NCBI GenBank assembly: GCA_937893495.1
Contig: CALBIE010000391.1
Span: 1,363-65,362, forward strand
Direction: 5' to 3'
Length of the DNA stretch: 64,000 nt
From: an uncultured Verrucomicrobiales bacterium
Lineage (GTDB): Bacteria > Verrucomicrobiota > Verrucomicrobiia > Limisphaerales > JAYPXF01
Part shown: in pieces, positions 58,267-64,000 of the stretch
How the letters are laid out: every line of letters starts with the position of its first letter
How positions within the stretch are numbered: position 1 is the stretch's first letter
Program-made: the position numbers and the translations under genes
Notes under the pieces: model-generated
Database searches by the model: none
What the model was told of the DNA's origin: nothing
What the model saw: only the letters and a program-made list of their open reading frames with translations

Positions 58267-58423
58267 GGGGACCACAGTCGGCCCGACTGTCCATTCCGGC
58301 GGCTCGCCGGAATGATCGTTGCGCGCGGATATCCAGGTGCCAATCGGATTGGAACAGCAACACGATCTCCCAACTTTTTTTGGCGAGCCGCCAAAAACAA
58401 CACGCGGGCCGCGTGTGCTCCCC
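58267..58423 (+). mobile_element. four-hairpin MITE-like element, copy A (fills the whole gap between two convergent stop codons)
   Basis: GGGGACCACAGTCGGccCGACTGT cc ATTCCGGCGgctCGCCGGAAT ... TTTTTGGCGagCCGCCAAAAA ca ACACGCGGgcCGCGTGTGCTCCCC. Stop codons lie at 58263-65 (+) and 58425-27 (-). Confidence 0.8.
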
Positions 58424-58424
58424 A

Positions 58425-59213
58425 TCACCAAAGCGTGTAGCCACCATCAATGACCAACGCCGCGCCGGTCATGTAGCGTGAGGCAGAGCTGGCCAGGTAA
58501 ACGGCCAACGGGCCCAAATCCTCCGGTTCACCGAACTTGCCCATCGGTATTTCCGCCTCGAACTTTTTGATCACGTCCGGGTTCTCCCGCGCCCACCGTT
58601 GGTTCGGTTCAGTCATGAATCCGCCCGGGCAGATGGCGTTGACCGTGATGCCGTGCGGCGCCCAATCGGCCGCGACCGTCCGGGTGAACTGGATGACAGC
58701 GGCCTTCGATGTCTCGTAACTCCTTCCGCCGATTCCGCGATTGGCAATCATGCCGGAGATGGATGCGATGTTGATGATGCGCCCACCGTTGCCTCGTTCA
58801 ATCATGGCCTTGCCGATCAGTTTCGTGCAGAGAAATGTGCTGGTGAGGTTCAGGTCCATGATTCGTTGCCATTCCGCCAACGGCAAATCCTCGGTCGGAA
58901 CGTTGATCAACCGCCCACCGACGTTGTTGATGAGGATGTCGATTGGTCCGTGTTGCTCAAGCGCTGCGCGGCACATGGATTCACACTCGCCGGGGTTACC
59001 CGCGTCGGCCTGAATCGTGACGGCTTGTCGTCCCAGTTTTTCAATATCACCGGCAGTGGCGGCGAGCGATTCGGCATCGCGACCGACGAGGATGGCATCA
59101 GCACCGGCATCCGCGATGGCGAGCGCCATTTCGCGCCCGAGCCCGCGACTGCCGCCGGTGATGAGCATCCGTTTGCCGGCGAGGGAAAAGCGTTTGAAGA
59201 TGGAGTTGGGCAT
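58425..59213 (-). CDS. SDR family oxidoreductase (gluconate 5-dehydrogenase / KduD-like)
   Basis: 262-aa ORF. TGGSRGLG cofactor motif, NNVG, and the catalytic region YETSKAAV. Confidence 0.9.
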   Translation of the reverse strand: MPNSIFKRFSLAGKRMLITGGSRGLGREMALAIADAGADAILVGRDAESLAATAGDIEKLGRQAVTIQADAGNPGECESMCRAALEQHGPIDILINNVGGRLINVPTEDLPLAEWQRIMDLNLTSTFLCTKLIGKAMIERGNGGRIINIASISGMIANRGIGGRSYETSKAAVIQFTRTVAADWAPHGITVNAICPGGFMTEPNQRWARENPDVIKKFEAEIPMGKFGEPEDLGPLAVYLASSASRYMTGAALVIDGGYTLW

Positions 59214-59233
59214 ATTCTAAATGTCATTGGGTT

Positions 59234-59389
59234 GGGGAGCACAGCCGGCCCGGCTGTCCCTTCCGGCGGCCCGCCGGAAGGATCTTGATGCGCGGAAGCT
59301 CAGATGCCAATCGGAACGGAACAGCAGCACGACCGCCCAACTGTTTTTGGCGAGCCGCCAAAAACAACACGCGGGCCGCGTGTGCTCCC
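59234..59389 (+). mobile_element. four-hairpin MITE-like element, copy B
   Basis: GGGGAGCACAGCCGGccCGGCTGT cc CTTCCGGCGgcCCGCCGGAAG ... TTTTTGGCGagCCGCCAAAAA ca ACACGCGGgcCGCGTGTGCTCCC. Lies between the SDR start and the stop of the CN-hydrolase gene. Confidence 0.8.
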
Positions 59390-59395
59390 GTTCCG

Positions 59396-60769
59396 TCATT
59401 TCTCCACCACCCACTCCGGACGTGCGCGGTTGATGCGGGCCTTGAAATCGCCGAGGCCGTGCCAGTGGTTTCGCTGGTTCAGGTCCACTTCCGCCACAAT
59501 GACTTCGCCCCATTCCTTCGCCTGCTGAATCATCTCGCCCTCGTGATTGAAGACGGCGGTCTTGATCCAGTTCTGGTTGTGATCGGTGTAGGTGCTGCTG
59601 ACCAGATAGACGTGATTTTCGCACGCGCGCGCCGCGGCCAGCGCCGGATTGCATCCCCAGACCGGATGGGCAATCACTTCGGCGCCGTTGATGGTCAACT
59701 GCCGGGCGACCTCGGGAAAGAAGGCGTCGTAACATACCATCATGCCGACTTTGCCGAAGCGTGTTTCAAAAACCGGATACTCATTGCCCGGCGTCACGCC
59801 CCCATCCGCTTCGCCACGCGGCAGGCAGGTCTTGCGGTACTTTCCGGCAACGTTGCCATCCGGGCCGATGAGGACGGCGACGTTGTAGATGAGATGGTCC
59901 GCCTTCTCCAGCAGACCGACGACGATGTAGAGATTGTGCTGCTTCGCCAACCTGCCGAAGTACTTCGTCGATGGACCGGGAATGGTTTCCGCACACTCTG
60001 CATAGGATTTTCCCGTGCCATAGACCGTGATGGTTTCGCCCAATACGACGAGGTCGGCCTTCTTCGCGGCGGCTTGCTTGATGAACGGTTCGTACAGCCG
60101 GCAGTTGGCCTCTGGTGTTTTCTCCTTGCTGTTCGGCTTGAAGTGAACCGAGGCCAGTCGGACGATGCGCTTTGGCGGCGGGTCAACCGCTTCGAACTTG
60201 ACATCGTTCCAGCGCACTTCGCCAGTCGGAGGCGCCCAGCGAAAGATGAGTTCGATCACCGCTTTCGTCGCCTTCTTCGGTGCCTTGTACGTATCCAAAA
60301 CCTCTGCCCATCCATCCGCGCCCGCTGGTTGTTCGAGCGGGTAATCGGGACGCGCCGTCGAGACTCCGGAGCGGCCATACTTCGGATTGGTCGGATTGTC
60401 ATTCGGGACCAACCTGCCCTTGTCGTCCTGCCAGGTGATTTTCGCCAGGGCGCTGCGCCGGGCAACCGGGACATTCGTCGTCCGCCGCAGCGCGTGAAAG
60501 CGATAATGTTTCCCACCCTTGATGGAATATGTCTTCGTCCACGCGCCCTGCAATCCTTCGCGGTTGCCCATGCGAATGATGAAACTCGGCCGTCCTTCCG
60601 GGCCGTCCTTGGCGACGTAGTCAAACTTCGGTCGTATTTCCTCGCGCGGCGCGGTGGTCGTCCAACCGTGCGGGGCATTGATAGCCGGTTGGGAAGCAAA
60701 TAGCTGGCCTGCGGCGGACCCGAAAACGACGATGCCCAGAATCATCGTTCGGAATTGAAGGGCTTTCAT
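59396..60769 (-). CDS. carbon-nitrogen hydrolase (nitrilase superfamily) with N-terminal extra domain and signal peptide
   Basis: 457-aa ORF. Signal MKALQFRTMILGIVVFGSAAGQLFA. E-K-C triad contexts (VVLGET, GKYRKTCLP, MMVCYDAFFPE). Confidence 0.85.
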   Translation of the reverse strand: MKALQFRTMILGIVVFGSAAGQLFASQPAINAPHGWTTTAPREEIRPKFDYVAKDGPEGRPSFIIRMGNREGLQGAWTKTYSIKGGKHYRFHALRRTTNVPVARRSALAKITWQDDKGRLVPNDNPTNPKYGRSGVSTARPDYPLEQPAGADGWAEVLDTYKAPKKATKAVIELIFRWAPPTGEVRWNDVKFEAVDPPPKRIVRLASVHFKPNSKEKTPEANCRLYEPFIKQAAAKKADLVVLGETITVYGTGKSYAECAETIPGPSTKYFGRLAKQHNLYIVVGLLEKADHLIYNVAVLIGPDGNVAGKYRKTCLPRGEADGGVTPGNEYPVFETRFGKVGMMVCYDAFFPEVARQLTINGAEVIAHPVWGCNPALAAARACENHVYLVSSTYTDHNQNWIKTAVFNHEGEMIQQAKEWGEVIVAEVDLNQRNHWHGLGDFKARINRARPEWVVEK

Positions 60770-60922
60770 GGTCAGCCCACGTTAGGCGTACGCATCACCG
60801 GTGACAAGCTTGAGCGTTGTCGTCGGCGCAATGACTGTTTTTCAGTGATTCGCGAAAAGATCAGATTCTTGTAAGAAACCACCCGGACATCGCTACCAGT
60901 ATAAGCGAAACAACACGTAAAG

Positions 60923-61435
60923 ATGGACGAACACGAACAAACCCAAATATTCGACGACTGGCTGGAGCGCCATCCGGGCCTGCTGTTCAAGGTGGTCCGG
61001 GCCTATGCGTTCAATCCTCACGATCAGGAGGATCTATTTCAGGAGATCGCCCGCCAGGTGTGGAACTCCATACCGAACTTCCGCAGCGATTCCGCCGAGA
61101 CCACCTGGCTCTATCGGGTCGCGCTCAACTCGGCCATCGCCTGGACCCGCAAGGAGATCCGGCATCGAACGGGTCGTCAGCAGTTCGATGAGATCGCGCA
61201 CACCTTGACCCAGACGGAAATGTTTCGCGATGAACGTCTGACCTGGCTTTACGAGCAGATCGCGCAACTGGACGAAATCGATCGCTCACTGACGCTGCTG
61301 ATGCTCGACGGGTTCAGCTACAAGGACATGGCCGCCATGCTCGGCATCACCGAGAGCAACGTCGGAGTAAAAATCAACCGCATCAAAAAGCACCTCACCA
61401 ATCAACTGAACGAAAGACAACGAAATGAACCTTGA
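60923..61435 (+). CDS. ECF-type RNA polymerase sigma factor
   Basis: 170-aa ORF. Region 2 (DQEDLFQEIARQVWNSIPNF...TWLYRVALNSAIAWTRK) and region 4 (LLMLDGFSYKDMAAMLGITESNVGVKINRIKKHL). Confidence 0.9.
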   Translation: MDEHEQTQIFDDWLERHPGLLFKVVRAYAFNPHDQEDLFQEIARQVWNSIPNFRSDSAETTWLYRVALNSAIAWTRKEIRHRTGRQQFDEIAHTLTQTEMFRDERLTWLYEQIAQLDEIDRSLTLLMLDGFSYKDMAAMLGITESNVGVKINRIKKHLTNQLNERQRNEP

Positions 61436-62036
61436 AGATCTTACCATCATCTGGAACTCGCAGGATCAGGAACCCATCTACCTGATCGATCGCGCCACTC
61501 TCCATGCCAGCGTCAAACGCAAGGGAGAACGGATCGAACGGCTGACCAGCCTCTTCGAAAAAACGATGATTGGCGTCACGTTCGCAATGGGAGTGATTCT
61601 TCCGATCGACGCCTGGCGCGAAGGCGACGGTGCCCATCAATACGTCGCTGGAGCACTTTGCGTCATCGTGGCGGCGCTGGCCACAAAATGGCGACGAGAG
61701 CGCCGGAAGGATGAGCTACGATTCGATGATTCAGTGCTCGGCATCACTGAACGGGCACTCTCGCAGATTGACTACCAGGTGCGCCGGCTGAAAACCTTCC
61801 TGTGGTGCTTTCATCTTCCCATCGCCATTACGGCCGGAATCGGGTTGTCGCTTTACAGCAACACCCGCATCACGTGGATCTGGGCCGGCGTGATCGCGCT
61901 CTGCTGCCTCAGCTACTGGGGAACCCACCGTGACATCCGGACATGCCTGTTGCCCAAGCGGCGAGAACTGGATTCGTTACGGGAAAAACTGACTAACGCG
62001 GAGAGCGGCGACGCGGATCGAGCTGGTGATCGTTGA
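61425..62036 (+). CDS. putative membrane anti-sigma factor / membrane protein coupled to the ECF sigma gene
   Basis: 203-aa ORF overlapping the sigma gene by 11 nt, with about 4 hydrophobic helices. No diagnostic motif; the call rests on position only. Confidence 0.6.
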   Translation: MNLEDLTIIWNSQDQEPIYLIDRATLHASVKRKGERIERLTSLFEKTMIGVTFAMGVILPIDAWREGDGAHQYVAGALCVIVAALATKWRRERRKDELRFDDSVLGITERALSQIDYQVRRLKTFLWCFHLPIAITAGIGLSLYSNTRITWIWAGVIALCCLSYWGTHRDIRTCLLPKRRELDSLREKLTNAESGDADRAGDR

Positions 62037-62195
62037 ACCCAGTTTTCCTCGACACCCATTGCGACAGTATTCAACGATGCTTGAACTACCATGAACCTGA
62101 AATATCGGTAGCTGTTCCCCCAGGCATTCATGATGACTAATCCGGCAATGGGCACCGAACCCAAACAAGAAACACGCAAACCAGAAAAGAAATCC

Positions 62196-62345
62196 ATGAC
62201 CACTCCATCCGTTTCCCTTGGCTATGTCATCCTCTACGTGAAAGACGTTGCCGCCAGCCTCACATTTTACGAGGAAGTGTTCGGTCTCAAGCGCCGCTTC
62301 TTTCACGACAACAACGGCAAGGCGGATGATCACGAAACCCGGTGA
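62196..62345 (+). pseudogene. N-terminal fragment of a VOC/glyoxalase-family gene
   Basis: MTTPSVSLGYVILYVKDVAASLTFYEEVFGLKRRFFHDN... stops after about 49 codons. VOC proteins are normally around 120-130 aa. Confidence 0.45.
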
Positions 62346-62451
62346 GTTCACGTTCTACCGCCGGAGGAGGAATTGAGATGGCAAAATGGTACTGGCAGGA
62401 TTTCGCAACGGTCGGTGTCCCCGACTTGTGCGGTTTCGCAATTCAGCGGAC

Positions 62452-62775
62452 ATGATAGGGTATAGAGTGAAGTCCACCGACGCAGAACTACTGCGGAGCT
62501 ACGCCGAAGATGGCTCCGAAGCCGCTTTTACCGAATTGGTCGAACGCCATGTCGATCTCGTTTATGGCGCGGCGGTGAGGCAGGCATGGGGTGATCTCAC
62601 GCTGGCCGAAGATCTGACCCAGGCGGTCTTCACCGCCATGGCCCGCCAGGCGGGCACGCTGATCCGGCATCCAGTCCTGAGCGGGTGGCTCTACAAGTAT
62701 GTGCGATACCTGGCCGCCAATCATCACCGCGCCGATCAGCGCCGACAACGTCGTGAACAGGCCACGATAAAATGA
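62452..62775 (+). CDS. ECF sigma factor, region-2-only ORF (5' half of a split sigma gene)
   Basis: MIGYRVKSTDAELLRSYAEDGSEAAFTELVERHVDLVYGAAVRQ...AEDLTQAVFTAMARQ...ANHHRADQRRQRREQATIK then stop. The TGA (62773-75) overlaps the ATG (62772-74) of the next ORF. Confidence 0.7.
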   Translation: MIGYRVKSTDAELLRSYAEDGSEAAFTELVERHVDLVYGAAVRQAWGDLTLAEDLTQAVFTAMARQAGTLIRHPVLSGWLYKYVRYLAANHHRADQRRQRREQATIK

Positions 62776-64000
62776 ACACTCCAGATTCTTCCGCCGAGGC
62801 CGATCCACTGTGGGAGGAGGTCAAACCCGTCCTGGACGATGCCATGCACGGGCTCGACGACAAGGACCGCAATGCCGTGGTGCTGCGCTTCTACGAAAGC
62901 CAGAGCCTGCGGGAGGTCGGCGTCGCACTGGGTCTTTCTGAGAACGCGGCGAGGATGCGGGTCGGCCGCGCCCTGACCAAACTTAGAAATCTCCTCGCCC
63001 AACGCGGTGTCAGCTCCTCGACCTCAGGTCTGGCCAAAGCCCTGGGCGTGAGTGCCACTTTCAGCGCACCGGCGGGAATGGCCGCAACCGTGGCCACCAA
63101 GGCCCTGGCAGCCACCGCCTGTGTGACCACCACAACAACAACCCTCGCTACCATCATGAGCATGACAAAAGTAAAAATAGGTCTGGCCGCAACCGTTGTG
63201 ACGGCCGGATTGGGAGTAACCGCGTTGCAGGAATCGCGGGTTCGCGAGTTGAGCAAGGAAAACGCCGAGCTACAAACCAAGGTGACAGAGCTGTCTCCTC
63301 TCCGCGCGGAGATTGAACGGTTAAAGGGCGAGAAAACCGGTTCGGCTCCGGCGGAAGAATTCCAAAAGGAGCGCCTCGAATCCGAGCTTGAAATTGCCAG
63401 CTTGCGGGGACGTCTGACCATGGCGATGACGAAACTGCGGGAGTTGGACACGCCCCCGGCCAAATCGCCAGATCCGAAGTCGAAGGCAGAAGCGGAGGTG
63501 CCCCAAATGACCGCGATCATGCGCGCCAGCGTCCGCACCGCGGTCGAACAGCAGACCCTTGGGAAACTGCCTCGCCTGACCGAGCGGCTCGCGCTTTCGC
63601 CGGAGCAGGAGAAGGCGGCGCAAGTCATCCTGAAACGTCACTTCGATTGGAGCTTGGAAATGGCGACCAACATGCTGGCTGGCAAATTGACGCAGGAAGA
63701 TATCCGCGCGAAGGCAGAGGAAGGGGTCCGCGCGAAGAAGGTGGGAAATCCGATGGCCGAAATCCAGGCCTTGCTGACGCCCGAACAGAAGGTGGCATAT
63801 GAGGAATACCAGCAGGAGGAGAAGGTTTCCATGGCGCGACTGTCCGCCAACGGCGAACTGCTCGAGATGCAAACCCCGCTCGGGCTCACACAGGAGCAGC
63901 AGGATCAGGTTTTCGATGCCCTGTATTATCAGAGAATGACGAATTCAACACCGCCTCGCGGCGTTCAACCAGCCTCAACAATGCAGTGGATGTTGGACCA
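62772..64000 (+). CDS. ECF sigma region 4 fused to TM helix, coiled coil and LTXXQ-like repeats; partial (runs off window end)
   Basis: Own translation; not in the ORF track because there is no stop in the window. MNTPDSSAEADPLWEEVKPVLDDAMHGLDDKDRNAVVLRFYESQSLREVGVALGLSENAARMRVGRALTKLRNLL (region 4), then VKIGLAATVVTAGLGVTAL (TM), a coiled-coil segment (ELSKENAELQTKVTELSPLRAEIERLKGE), and LALSPEQ / LLTPEQ / LGLTQEQ motifs. Confidence 0.75.
   Translation, partial: MNTPDSSAEADPLWEEVKPVLDDAMHGLDDKDRNAVVLRFYESQSLREVGVALGLSENAARMRVGRALTKLRNLLAQRGVSSSTSGLAKALGVSATFSAPAGMAATVATKALAATACVTTTTTTLATIMSMTKVKIGLAATVVTAGLGVTALQESRVRELSKENAELQTKVTELSPLRAEIERLKGEKTGSAPAEEFQKERLESELEIASLRGRLTMAMTKLRELDTPPAKSPDPKSKAEAEVPQMTAIMRASVRTAVEQQTLGKLPRLTERLALSPEQEKAAQVILKRHFDWSLEMATNMLAGKLTQEDIRAKAEEGVRAKKVGNPMAEIQALLTPEQKVAYEEYQQEEKVSMARLSANGELLEMQTPLGLTQEQQDQVFDALYYQRMTNSTPPRGVQPASTMQWMLD

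Noticed and set aside
1-64000. Search by eye for tRNA, rRNA, tmRNA or riboswitch signatures such as GGTTCGAATCC-type T-loops and 16S/23S motifs.
   Set aside because: None was found outside coding regions. The only GTTCGAACC string (about 10213) is inside the WD40 coding sequence.

Overview
This is a high-GC window, apart from one clearly AT-richer patch at about 30.65-32.65 kb (judged by eye, not computed). The gene content is typical of the PVC superphylum (Verrucomicrobiota/Planctomycetota). That content includes two DUF1549/DUF1553 + DUF1501 gene pairs, three sulfatase-family loci, a BNR sialidase, ECF sigma factors, Hanks-type Ser/Thr kinases, LamG domains and pilin-like Cys modules. I found no rRNA, tRNA or CRISPR array.

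The most interesting part is a co-directional block at 8.3-30.6 kb, all on the + strand. In it, an ECF sigma factor and three Ser/Thr kinases are interleaved with a family of mosaic membrane proteins. These proteins are assembled from a small set of recurring modules:
- an N-terminal zinc-ribbon 'MAKP...C..CGN.IPHD...CP.C...NPWDE' module;
- an unrecognised ~100-aa 'GTYRRNPYENTWH' domain;
- a LamG domain;
- two distinct LRR-like C-terminal modules;
- a conserved juxtamembrane S/T-rich motif;
- a pilin-like Cys module.

Each module occurs in at least two different architectures. Recombination breakpoints fall at module borders, and one duplicated stretch spans a gene boundary, so this looks like a combinatorial sensor/receptor array wired to STK/ECF signalling. 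I cannot match it to a described system.

Downstream features, in order:
- an AT-rich orphan gene with a T10/A10 tract directly after a candidate start codon;
- a likely lipid-remodelling operon: a DUF805-FAD oxidase-methyltransferase fusion, an unknown gene, and an LplT-PlsC-acyl-ACP synthetase triple fusion;
- a sialidase/sulfatase region colonised by a REP/RAYT system, with three-hairpin REPs, one intact IS200-like Y1 transposase and one decayed copy;
- a Fic gene flanked by 224-bp direct repeats and surrounded by gene remnants;
- a family of four ~150-bp four-hairpin MITE-like elements filling intergenic gaps at 53.6-59.4 kb;
- an ECF sigma factor split at its sigma2/sigma4 linker by an ATGA overlap in an A-run.

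All domain calls come from motif recognition in the translated ORFs. No database search was run.
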